A DNA stretch of 16,596 nt, from the NCBI GenBank assembly GCA_044222065.1, contig JBGAOA010000083.1:1-16596 (forward strand), in the 5' to 3' direction. This document shows positions 7,225 through 15,230 of this stretch, in pieces. The DNA is from Candidatus Eiseniibacteriota bacterium. Lineage in GTDB: Bacteria; Eisenbacteria; RBG-16-71-46. The position numbers and the translations under genes are program-made. Every line of letters begins with the position of its first letter. Position 1 is the first letter of the stretch. The notes under the pieces are model-generated. The model had not been told where the DNA came from, did no database searches, and saw only the letters and a program-made list of their open reading frames with translations.

Positions 7225-8673
7225 TCAGCGGACGATCGCCACCTGCGTGCGCGACGACAGCCCGCCCGCGCGCGCGATCACGAAGTACACGCCGCTCTTC
7301 GCCCGCGTGCCGTCCGACGCGCTGCCGTCCCACGCGACCGTGTGGAAGCCGGCGCCGAACGAGCCGCGCGCGACCGTCTTCACGAGCCGGCCGCTGATGT
7401 CGTACACGCCGACGTTCACGTCGGTCGCCTGCTCGGGCAACGAGAACGACACCGTGGCCGTCGCGAACACCGGGTTCGGTTCGATCGCGACCTCCACGAC
7501 GGGTTCGTCGGTTCCGAGCTCGACTTCGAGCCGGTCGTCCAGGTCGGCCTCTTCGCCCTTCTGGAACGTCAGGCAGCCGTTCTCGACGCCGTAGCCGTGG
7601 TTGAGCGACCAGCCGGTGCGGATCACGCGGCGATAGGCGCGCTTCACGTCGTGCTTCTCGAGGTTGCGGTGGTCGAGTCGCGCGAGCTCGCCGTCCGCCC
7701 ACACGAGCCAGTCGCCGACCGTGCCGTTCCACTCCTCGAGCGTCACCGCGGTCGCGCGGTCGAGGCCGATCGGCTCGCCGCGTTCGTTCGCCGCCCCGCT
7801 ACCGGGCGCGCACACGTTCGCGAACACCGCCGCGACCTGCTTCTTCGCGCGCGTCCGCAGATTCGAGGGATGCGGGCGCAGCGCCGAACAGAACGCCGGC
7901 GCCGCGTCCTGCCACGCGAAGAACTCGGACTCCTTCTCGATGCACGAGGCGATGTCGGCGAACGTCTTCTCGCCGAGCGGACGACGGCTGACGTCGGCGC
8001 GGCACGACGCCGCCCACCACGACGCGGCGCGCGGACAGGCGGCGCCCGACGGCGGCGGCGGAGGCGGAGGCGTCACGCAGCCTTCGCGCAGCGTCCACGT
8101 CGCGGTTTCGCTCCAGCACTCGTCCGTGGCGCGCACGCGCAGCGTGTAGACGCCGGGCGAGCCGACGAGCAGGCACACGGATCGGCCGACGAGGCCGTTC
8201 GGGCCGCCCCACTGGTACTGCTCGAAGCCGTCGGGACCGCACAGTCCGACGCCTTCGCCGACGCACACGGAATCGGGGCCGTCGATCGCGGGCAGGGCCG
8301 AGGGGGACCCCGCCGCGAGCACGTGCGTGCACGGTCCGACCCAGCGGCCGAGCTGCGCGTCGAACACGCGCAGCGTGTACGTCCCGGCGAGCGGCGACGT
8401 CACGCAGTTGGCGCTCGAGGTCGAGCCGTCCGGCAGCGTCCACTCGAACTGCGAGCCCCACGTGGGGCCGCAGAGTTCGACGGACTCGCCGCACGTCACG
8501 GCAGGGCCGTCGATCGTGCAGGCGGACTGCCCGTGCGCGGGGGCCGCGACGAGCACGAGGCCGAGGAGGCCGGTCGCGAACGCGCGTGCCGCCGGCGCGT
8601 CGGTCGCGCGGGCGAGGAGCGAGGTGAGCGCGGATCCGTGCGCCCGGAGGTTCGTGGTCGGTGCTGGGAGCAT
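7225..8673 (-). CDS. Secreted Cys-rich protein: two PKD/Ig-like repeats, poly-Pro linker, unknown domain, C-terminal FlgD-Ig/T9SS-type-A-like domain, 482 aa
   Basis: GGAGG 6 nt before ATG 8673; signal-like GLLGLVLVAAPAHG. Repeats follow IDGP...C...LCGP...W..P.G......C......G.YTLRV. C-terminus is PNPVFATATVSFSLP...VYDISGRLVKTV...G.HTVAWDG....G....SGVYF. Confidence 0.85.
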   Translation of the reverse strand: MLPAPTTNLRAHGSALTSLLARATDAPAARAFATGLLGLVLVAAPAHGQSACTIDGPAVTCGESVELCGPTWGSQFEWTLPDGSTSSANCVTSPLAGTYTLRVFDAQLGRWVGPCTHVLAAGSPSALPAIDGPDSVCVGEGVGLCGPDGFEQYQWGGPNGLVGRSVCLLVGSPGVYTLRVRATDECWSETATWTLREGCVTPPPPPPPSGAACPRAASWWAASCRADVSRRPLGEKTFADIASCIEKESEFFAWQDAAPAFCSALRPHPSNLRTRAKKQVAAVFANVCAPGSGAANERGEPIGLDRATAVTLEEWNGTVGDWLVWADGELARLDHRNLEKHDVKRAYRRVIRTGWSLNHGYGVENGCLTFQKGEEADLDDRLEVELGTDEPVVEVAIEPNPVFATATVSFSLPEQATDVNVGVYDISGRLVKTVARGSFGAGFHTVAWDGSASDGTRAKSGVYFVIARAGGLSSRTQVAIVR

Positions 8674-8992
8674 GTTGCGCCTCCACCGGGCTGGGTTGAG
8701 AGCGACTCGAGCCAGCGATGCTCCATGAAAGAGCCGGGCCAACGGCGCGCGCGCCGCGCGCGTTCGATTGCCGGTGTTGAAGATTGCCGCGCCGGCGCGC
8801 GATCGCGGGGGATCGGGCCCAGCGTCACGCGCCCGCTTCGCAGCGCGCACGACGGCGCGCGAAGCCGGACGATCCGGCCGCGCCGCGGCGGGTGAGGCGC
8901 CCCGGCCGCGCATTCGCGCGCTGCACCGCGGCGCGCTGCAGGATGCGCGGGCGCGCCGGGCGCCGTACCACTGGCGAGGCGCTCGGGGCGGC

Positions 8993-9009
8993 TGCTAGGG
9001 TGCCGCGCC
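8993..9009 (+). promoter_or_regulatory. Putative extended -10 (TGC-TAGGGT) 8 nt before the OPT start; probable leaderless or near-leaderless promoter
   Basis: TGC-TAGGGT-GCCGCGCC-ATG with no Shine-Dalgarno; spacer identical to that before rluE. Confidence 0.55.
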
Positions 9010-10779
9010 ATGAGCCACTCGACGCCGTCCGCACCCGCCGCAGGTTCCGCTTCGCTCAAGCCGCCCGGGACGCGCGAGTACACCGTGCGCGCCGTGCTCG
9101 TGGGCGTCCTCGTCGCCGCCGTGATCGGCGGCTCGTACCCCTACGTCGTGCTCAAGCTCGGCTTCGGCCCGAACATCTCGGTCGTGTCGGCGTTCTTCGG
9201 CTACATGGCGCTCGGGATCGCGTTCAAGAACTACAACCGCTGGGAGAACAACATCGTCCAGACCGCCGGGACTTCGGCGGGCCAGACGGCGTTCCTGTGC
9301 GTGATCATGGCGGCGTTCGACTTCCTGCGCCTCGATCCCGAGGCGCACTTCACGTTCACGCTGCAGCCGTTCCACGCGTTCCTGTGGCTGACGTGCGCGG
9401 GCGTGCTCGGCGTGCTGCTGTCGGTGCCGATGCGCCAGCACTTCGTCGTGGACGAGAAGCTCACGTTCGCCGACGGCGTCGCCGCGGGCGAGACGCTGAT
9501 GGTGCTCGACTCGCGCGGCAGCGAATCGAAGGACGCGGCGCGGGCGATGAGCATCGGCGGCGTGCTGTCGGGCCTGCTCATGATCCTCCGCGAGGACGCC
9601 CGCCTGCTCGGCCAGGTGTGGTACCGCATTCCCGAGATGCTGCCGCTCGGCCCCACCGGCCCGACGATGGCGGTCGGCATGAGCTGGAGCCTGCTGTCCG
9701 TCGGCTCGGGGATGCTCATCAGCATGCGCGTCAACGCGAGCATGGTGCTCGGCATGGCGATCGCCTGGGTGCTCGCGCCGCCGATGCTCGTGGACAACGG
9801 CCTCGTCGCGCACCTCGTGCGCCGCGAGGTGCTGCTGTGGGTGATGTGGCCGGCCACGGGCGTGCTCGTCGCCGGCGGCCTCACTGCGCTCGCGCTCCGC
9901 TGGCGGGTGCTCGTGAAGACGTTCCAGAGCCTCGCGAGCGCGAAGTTCGGCGGCTCCGACTTCCCGCTCCAGTGGGTGATCTGGGGCTCGATCGCGAGCG
10001 CGATCGGTCTCATCGCGGTGCAGAAGGTGTTCCTCGGGATGCCGATCGGCCTGACCGCGCTCGCGATCCTGTTCTCGCTGCCGCTGATGCTCGTCGGCAT
10101 CCGCGTGCTCGGCGAGACGAACTGGGGCCCGATCAGCACGCTCTCGAACATGATGCAGGGCATCTTCGGCGCGATCGCGCCGGGACAGCTGCTGCCGAAC
10201 GTGGTCTCGACCGGCGTGACGGGCTCGGTCGCTTCGCAGTCCGAAGGCCTCATGCAGGACTACAAGACGGGCGAGATGATCGGCAGCACGCCGCGATTCC
10301 TCACGTACGCGCAGCTGATCGCGGTGCCGGTCGGCGCGGCGGCGGTGTCGTACGTCTACCCGCTGCTCCGCAACACGTACGGCATCGGCGGCGACAACGG
10401 CCTCCAGTCGCCGATCTCGCAGCGCATCGCGGGATTCGGCCGCATCATCTCGCAGGGCGTGGACGCGCTGCCGCCGGGCGCGGTGACGGCGCTGCTCGTC
10501 GGCGTCGCGATCGGCATCGTGCTCACGCTGCTCGAAGAGACGAAGCTCAAGAAGTGGACGCCGTCGCCGGCGGGACTCGGCATCGGCATGCTGGTCCCGG
10601 GCAGCGCGGTGTTCGCGATGTTCGTGGGCGGCGTGGTCGGCCAGCTGTGGAAGCTCGTCTCGAAGAAGACCTACGAGCCCACGGTGACCCCGCTCGCCTC
10701 GGGCTTCATCGCGGGCGAAGCGATCATCGCGGTCGTGATTCCGATCCTCGTGGCGCTCCACATCGTCCGGCTGCACTGA
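9010..10779 (+). CDS. OPT/YSL family oligopeptide transporter, 589 aa
   Basis: REYTVRAVLVG, YVVLKLG, ENNIVQTAGTS, PMRQHFVVDEKLTFADG, GETNWGPIS, MQDYKTGEMIGSTPR, ASGFIAGEAI; highly hydrophobic. Confidence 0.93.
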   Translation: MSHSTPSAPAAGSASLKPPGTREYTVRAVLVGVLVAAVIGGSYPYVVLKLGFGPNISVVSAFFGYMALGIAFKNYNRWENNIVQTAGTSAGQTAFLCVIMAAFDFLRLDPEAHFTFTLQPFHAFLWLTCAGVLGVLLSVPMRQHFVVDEKLTFADGVAAGETLMVLDSRGSESKDAARAMSIGGVLSGLLMILREDARLLGQVWYRIPEMLPLGPTGPTMAVGMSWSLLSVGSGMLISMRVNASMVLGMAIAWVLAPPMLVDNGLVAHLVRREVLLWVMWPATGVLVAGGLTALALRWRVLVKTFQSLASAKFGGSDFPLQWVIWGSIASAIGLIAVQKVFLGMPIGLTALAILFSLPLMLVGIRVLGETNWGPISTLSNMMQGIFGAIAPGQLLPNVVSTGVTGSVASQSEGLMQDYKTGEMIGSTPRFLTYAQLIAVPVGAAAVSYVYPLLRNTYGIGGDNGLQSPISQRIAGFGRIISQGVDALPPGAVTALLVGVAIGIVLTLLEETKLKKWTPSPAGLGIGMLVPGSAVFAMFVGGVVGQLWKLVSKKTYEPTVTPLASGFIAGEAIIAVVIPILVALHIVRLH

Positions 10780-10783
10780 GGAT

Positions 10784-13006
10784 CTAGCGAGCCTCCCGGC
10801 GTTCGTCGGTCTCGGGCATCGCCACGATGAACTCGCCGAGCGCACGCGCCCGGCCGACGACGACACCGCGGGCGGCGTCGACCCGCCACGTCACGTCCTC
10901 GTAGCCTTCGCCGGTCCAGCGCAGCAGACGAAGCCGCTCGGGCGAACCGTCGAACCACTGGGCGTCGTAGCGCAGTTCGAGTTCGTAGGGCGCGCCGTCC
11001 GGGGAACTCGGACTGCGGGACGGATCGCGCGCATCGCGCGCCGTCGGCGCGATCCGATAGGCGGCCATCGGCCAGCCGAGCCGCTCCGCCGCGATCGGTC
11101 CGGACGGACGCGATCGAATCTGCAGCCGGTAGCCCGAGGCGCGGCCGCCGTCGGGGGAGGACAGCTTCGCGAGGCCCGCGAATCGCCAGTCGCCCCGGGC
11201 GTGGTCGCGCTTCGCGGAGAGTTCCCACGGCGCGGAAAGATCGAGATCCAGTTCGCCGAGAGCACGGACGAGCCGGTCGCGGAGCGCGGGGAGGCTCCCG
11301 GCTCGCGCGTCGGCCGGTGCGAGCGGATAGGCCCTCCAGTCGCGGAGCAGCGCGTGCCTGCCGCGGGTCGTGAACCGCCGGCCGGCGGGGGCGGCCTCGA
11401 GGCGTTCGCCGAGACGCTTCACCAACTGCGATGCGGGCGCATCGTGCGAGAGCAGGAACGCGCGCGCGTCCTCGATCAACCGCGCGCTCCACTCGGGCCG
11501 GCGTCGCGGAGTCCGATCGAGGAAGTCGCGCAGATCGAGCGGGCAGCGACCGCCCGAAGTCGGAGGTGAATCGCACGGACGGAAGATGCGCGAGAGATCC
11601 GTGCGCGCCGTCCGGCCCGGTGCGTCCTCGTCTTCGGCGCGTTCGCAGTAGAGCGTGCGCGTCAGCGGGTAGTCCCGAAGCACGAGGCGATACGGATGGA
11701 CCGCGACCTCGAAACGCTCACTGGTGACGGTCAGGGGGTGAGCCGGTTCCTGTTCGTCGCTCGCGTTCGATGCCGCCGTCGCGCCCGAACGACACGGGCC
11801 GCGCGCCGAGAGGTCGAGGCGCTGGACCATCACGTCCGTGCCGGACTCGTCAGGCTGGCGCACGGTCGCGCCCACTGCGATGTGGACGGCGCGCTCCGGG
11901 CTCGAGCCCGCCCGGGGCAGGTCGAGCCCGGGAATCCGCGTGACGTGCGGACGGTCGGCAAGTTCGGCCTCATCGAGCACGACGTCACGCTCCCAGACGG
12001 AAGACCTTGCGGACGCGAAGCGGACGAGGCGGAAAGAGAACGGTGCGCTGCCCGGCCCCTGGCTCGCGGTCGCGACCGCCAGACATTCGCCGTCTTCGCC
12101 GATGGCGGAGTCCACGATGTCCCCCAACGTGAGGCGGGACTGCGTGTGATCGGGGTCGTCGAGCAGCCCCCAGGACGCGGTGGTCGCTCCGTCGCCGCCG
12201 ATTTCCGTGAACGCAGGTCCGATGAGCCTGACGCTTCCCGCCACGTGTGTGCTTCCCGCCACGAGCGCGCCGCCGTCGGCGAGTGGTGCGAAGCGGTTCT
12301 TCTGGTCTCCGTCCCGCCCGCCCCAGTACCGCGCCCAGCGCGGCTCCCCGGCGGATTGCGTGCGGAGGAGCACGCTCCAGCTCGAACTCTGTTGTCCGAG
12401 TCGGAAGGCGCCGGCCAGCACGAGGAGGTCGCCGTCGGCGGACTCGACCAGTTGCTGACCGCGTTCGTAACTCCACCCGACGGAGAAGAGCCGGCGGGCC
12501 CAGAGGAGCGACCCTGAGGGGGAGAAGCGCGCGAGCACGAGCGCGCCCCGGCGTCGATCGACTCCGGTCACCACCAGATCGCCGTTCCTCGTCTCCACGA
12601 TGCTCGTGAACTCGCCTGCGCGCTCCCGGTCCACGCGCATCGCCCAGCCCGCCGTTCCCGACTCCGTCACGCGCATCAGGACGGCCCCGTCGTTCCGCCA
12701 GCCCGCGATCGCCAGCGCGCCGTCTCGCGTACCCGTGAGGCAGTCGAGCTGGACGTCCGCCGAGCGCGACCACCGCAGGGTCCCGTCGCCCCGCAGGCTT
12801 GCGACGAGCCCGCGCGCTCCCGCCGAGCCGACGAAGACCACCCCGCGATTCGAATCGTGCGCCATGGCGCTCAGGCGTTCGTCTCCGGGGCCGACGAGTC
12901 GCACGTCCCACAACGCCGCGTGCGCGGCGGGCGCAGCGCAGACGCTCCACCCGAGAACGGCGAAGCCGATCGACCGAAGCAACGAGACTCGGACCGGAGA
13001 TCCCAT
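10784..13006 (-). CDS. Secreted hypothetical protein with N-terminal beta-propeller-like repeats and uncharacterised C-terminal region, 740 aa
   Basis: GGGAGG RBS before ATG 13006; signal peptide ending APAAHA. Recurrent blade-like motifs SLRGDGTLRWSR, RVTESGTAGWAM, RFSPSGSLLWAR, RTQSAGEPRWAR. Fills the gap between OPT and Fpg. Confidence 0.7.
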   Translation of the reverse strand: MGSPVRVSLLRSIGFAVLGWSVCAAPAAHAALWDVRLVGPGDERLSAMAHDSNRGVVFVGSAGARGLVASLRGDGTLRWSRSADVQLDCLTGTRDGALAIAGWRNDGAVLMRVTESGTAGWAMRVDRERAGEFTSIVETRNGDLVVTGVDRRRGALVLARFSPSGSLLWARRLFSVGWSYERGQQLVESADGDLLVLAGAFRLGQQSSSWSVLLRTQSAGEPRWARYWGGRDGDQKNRFAPLADGGALVAGSTHVAGSVRLIGPAFTEIGGDGATTASWGLLDDPDHTQSRLTLGDIVDSAIGEDGECLAVATASQGPGSAPFSFRLVRFASARSSVWERDVVLDEAELADRPHVTRIPGLDLPRAGSSPERAVHIAVGATVRQPDESGTDVMVQRLDLSARGPCRSGATAASNASDEQEPAHPLTVTSERFEVAVHPYRLVLRDYPLTRTLYCERAEDEDAPGRTARTDLSRIFRPCDSPPTSGGRCPLDLRDFLDRTPRRRPEWSARLIEDARAFLLSHDAPASQLVKRLGERLEAAPAGRRFTTRGRHALLRDWRAYPLAPADARAGSLPALRDRLVRALGELDLDLSAPWELSAKRDHARGDWRFAGLAKLSSPDGGRASGYRLQIRSRPSGPIAAERLGWPMAAYRIAPTARDARDPSRSPSSPDGAPYELELRYDAQWFDGSPERLRLLRWTGEGYEDVTWRVDAARGVVVGRARALGEFIVAMPETDERREAR

Positions 13007-13189
13007 GAAGTGCCTCCCGGATTGCGCGAGTGCGGCCACTCGTGTGCGGACCTCGGACGGATCGCCGGGCGCGGTCGGAAGAAGATCCTCGGGGCGAGCC
13101 GCCGTGCGAACGGTCGACGCAGGCCGAGTCTCGGCCGCGGCGGCGATCCGGGCAATGGAAATCGGCGAGGCGGCCGGCCGTGCCCCGCG

Positions 13190-14083
13190 TCAGGAGCGCT
13201 TGCGCTCTTCCAGTTCCTCGAGCGTCCTCGGCCAGTCCTCGCGCAGGAGGCGCGACAGCGCTCGGTCCATGAGCAGCCGGCCGCCCGTCTGACAGCGCGC
13301 GCAGTAGTTCGTCTCGTTCTCGGCGTAGACGACGCGCTGCACCGGTTCGCCGCACGCGGGGCACGGCTGGCGATAGCGGCCGTGCACCGCCATTTCCGGA
13401 CGGAACGCCGTCACCTTTTCGGGAAAGCGTTCGCGGGTTTCCACGCGCAGGCGCTCCAGCCACTCGCCGAGCGTCGCGACCACCGCATTGCGCAGTCGCG
13501 CGACCTCGGCGTCGTCGAGCTGGCGCGTACGGCGGAACGGCGAGAGCCGCGCGCGATGCAGGATCTCGTCCGAGTACGCGTTCCCGATGCCCGAGAACAG
13601 CCGCGGATCCGTGAGCGCGCGCTTCAGCGTATGGTCCTCGAGCCGGAGCCGATCCGCGAACGCCGAGGCGTCCGATTCGAGCGGCTCGAGTCCGCCGGGA
13701 TCGAGCCGCTCGAGCGCCGCGCGGCTCGCGAGCACGTGGAGCGCCGCGCGCTGGCGCTTCGCGAACTCGGTGAGCGTGAGCGTGCCGCGCTCGAACTCGA
13801 ACGCCGCGAGCGGGCGCCCCGCCGCGACTGCGCCGTCCTTCCAGTGCAGGCGCCCCGCGATCATCAGGTGCAGCGCCGCGAAGCGCCCGCCCTCGAACGC
13901 GAACACGATGCGCTTGCCCACGCGCGTCACGCCCTCGACGCGCACGCCGTGCAGCGAGTCGAGCGGCGGCTCGGCGGTGCGCATCAGGTTGAGTCCCGTC
14001 ACGCGCGTGCGGACGAGGCGCGTGCCCGCGACGCGGCGCACGAGGTGCTCGACGTAGAGCGCGACGTCCGGCAGTTCGGGCAC
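13190..14083 (-). CDS. Fpg/Nei family DNA glycosylase/AP lyase (Fpg2-like), 297 aa
   Basis: N-terminal PELPDV (GTG start), RVGKR, HLMIAG, H2TH motif FSGIGNAYSDEIL, zinc finger CPAC...CARC, tail QTGGRLLMDRALSRLL. Confidence 0.92.
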   Translation of the reverse strand: MPELPDVALYVEHLVRRVAGTRLVRTRVTGLNLMRTAEPPLDSLHGVRVEGVTRVGKRIVFAFEGGRFAALHLMIAGRLHWKDGAVAAGRPLAAFEFERGTLTLTEFAKRQRAALHVLASRAALERLDPGGLEPLESDASAFADRLRLEDHTLKRALTDPRLFSGIGNAYSDEILHRARLSPFRRTRQLDDAEVARLRNAVVATLGEWLERLRVETRERFPEKVTAFRPEMAVHGRYRQPCPACGEPVQRVVYAENETNYCARCQTGGRLLMDRALSRLLREDWPRTLEELEERKRS

Positions 14084-14102
14084 GGTCGCGTCGGGCGCGG
14101 CC

Positions 14103-14693
14103 TCAGCCGCCGCCGAACTCCTCGCGCGAGAGCGCGGCGCGCAGCTTGCGGCGTGCGCGCTGGAGCAGCGCGCGCGCGCCGGTCGCGTTCTCGAGCTTCA
14201 GCACCTCGCCGATCTCCTCGACCGCGAGCCGCTCGTGCACCTGCAGCCACATCGCCTCGGCCTCGTCCGGCGCGAGGTGGCGGGCGAGCGTCGTGCGCAG
14301 GCGCTCCTCGTCCTCGAAGCGCTCGACCTCGTCCTCGGGACCCGGCGCCTCGTCGGGCAGGCGCTCGAGCGTCTCGTCGTCCTCGAAGCGGTACGACTTC
14401 GTCGCGAGCGCGTTCAGGCAGCGATTGCGCGTCACCGAGAACAGCCACGAGCTGAACTGCGAGCGGCCCCCGAAGCTCCCGAGCCCGCGGTACGCGTTCA
14501 GCAGCACTTCCTGCGCGAGGTCGAGCGCGCGCTCGTGATCGCGCACGTAGCGGTGGCACCACACGTAGACGCGGTGCTGGTGCCGCGCGAGCAGCTGCGA
14601 AGCCGCCGCGCGCGACGCCGGGCTCTCGGGATCCGCGAGCGCGCGCGCGACGAGAGCCGCGTCCGGGGGATCGTGGGGTGAGGTGGGGTTCAT
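14103..14693 (-). CDS. ECF-type sigma-70 factor, about 196 aa
   Basis: Region 2: DLAQEVLLNAY...FGGRSQFSSWLFSVTRNRCLN. Region 4 HTH: EEIGEVLKLENATGARALLQRARRKLR. Start ATG 14693 chosen by domain size and is uncertain. Confidence 0.88.
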   Translation of the reverse strand: MNPTSPHDPPDAALVARALADPESPASRAAASQLLARHQHRVYVWCHRYVRDHERALDLAQEVLLNAYRGLGSFGGRSQFSSWLFSVTRNRCLNALATKSYRFEDDETLERLPDEAPGPEDEVERFEDEERLRTTLARHLAPDEAEAMWLQVHERLAVEEIGEVLKLENATGARALLQRARRKLRAALSREEFGGG

Positions 14694-14810
14694 CGGCAGC
14701 GGCGCGGACGGAGTTCCGTCGTCGAGACCTCGAGGGCGGGAGTGCGTGCGGGTCGGGCGGGAGCCTACCCCTTCGATCCGCCGCTCGAAAGACCCGGATC
14801 GCACGGATGC

Positions 14811-14818
14811 GCTAGTTT
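14811..14818 (+). promoter_or_regulatory. Putative -10 element for the cupin-cobB pair
   Basis: GC-TAGTTT about 40 nt upstream of the cupin ATG; same GC-TANNNT pattern as the rluE and OPT sites. Confidence 0.35.
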
Positions 14819-14857
14819 CGCCGTCCGGCGCGACGCGCGAGCCGAGGAGGAGCCGAG

Positions 14858-15223
14858 ATGCCCGAACGAATCGAAGCCCCGGTGCGGATCACGGCCGCGG
14901 GCGAACCGCCGAAGACGATCGACGAGTACGTGGGACGCGTGCGGAGCGGCGAGAGCGCCGTGAGCGTCGCGCACATGAAGAGCCCCGCCGGCTGGCGCGA
15001 GCCCGCCCAGCGCCCGTCCTTCGCCGAGTACACGCTCGTGCTGCGCGGCACGCTGCGCGTCGAGCACGACGGCGGCGTGATGGACGTCGCGGCGGGGCAG
15101 GCGGTCGTGACACGGCCGGGGGAGCGCGTGCGTTACAGCTCGCCGTTCGACGGCGGCGCCGAGTACGTCGCCGTCTGCCTTCCCGCGTTCTCGCCCGAGA
15201 CGGTGCACCGCGAGGCGGACTGA
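14858..15223 (+). CDS. Cupin domain protein (EutQ-like), 121 aa
   Basis: GAGGAGGAG RBS. PKTIDEYVG, SPAGWREPAQRPSFAEYTLVLRGTLRV, DVAAGQAVVTRPGERVRYS, YVAVCLPAFS fit the cupin two-motif pattern. Confidence 0.8.
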   Translation: MPERIEAPVRITAAGEPPKTIDEYVGRVRSGESAVSVAHMKSPAGWREPAQRPSFAEYTLVLRGTLRVEHDGGVMDVAAGQAVVTRPGERVRYSSPFDGGAEYVAVCLPAFSPETVHREAD

Positions 15224-15230
15224 GGCGGGC

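Noticed and set aside
8907..8949. GCGCGCTGCA direct repeat (8916-8925, 8931-8940) inside a short imperfect inverted repeat
   Set aside because: Mostly GCGC runs, which are very common in this sequence; not distinguishable from chance by eye.
8674..9009. Riboswitch or ncRNA in the 336-bp divergent intergenic region
   Set aside because: No recognisable aptamer consensus; the OPT gene appears leaderless, leaving no room for a 5' riboswitch. An Rfam scan would settle it.
14690..14717. GGAACT on the minus strand as an autoregulatory ECF -35 element
   Set aside because: The matching -10 would fall on the predicted start codon and does not resemble a typical ECF -10; kept only as part of the palindrome note.
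3416..14804. Longer N-termini in the ORF track (starts at 3535, 4297, 4983, 8913, 13039, 14804)
   Set aside because: The extensions run through intergenic or neighbouring-gene DNA; downstream starts fit RBS or -10 signals, signal peptides or domain boundaries better.
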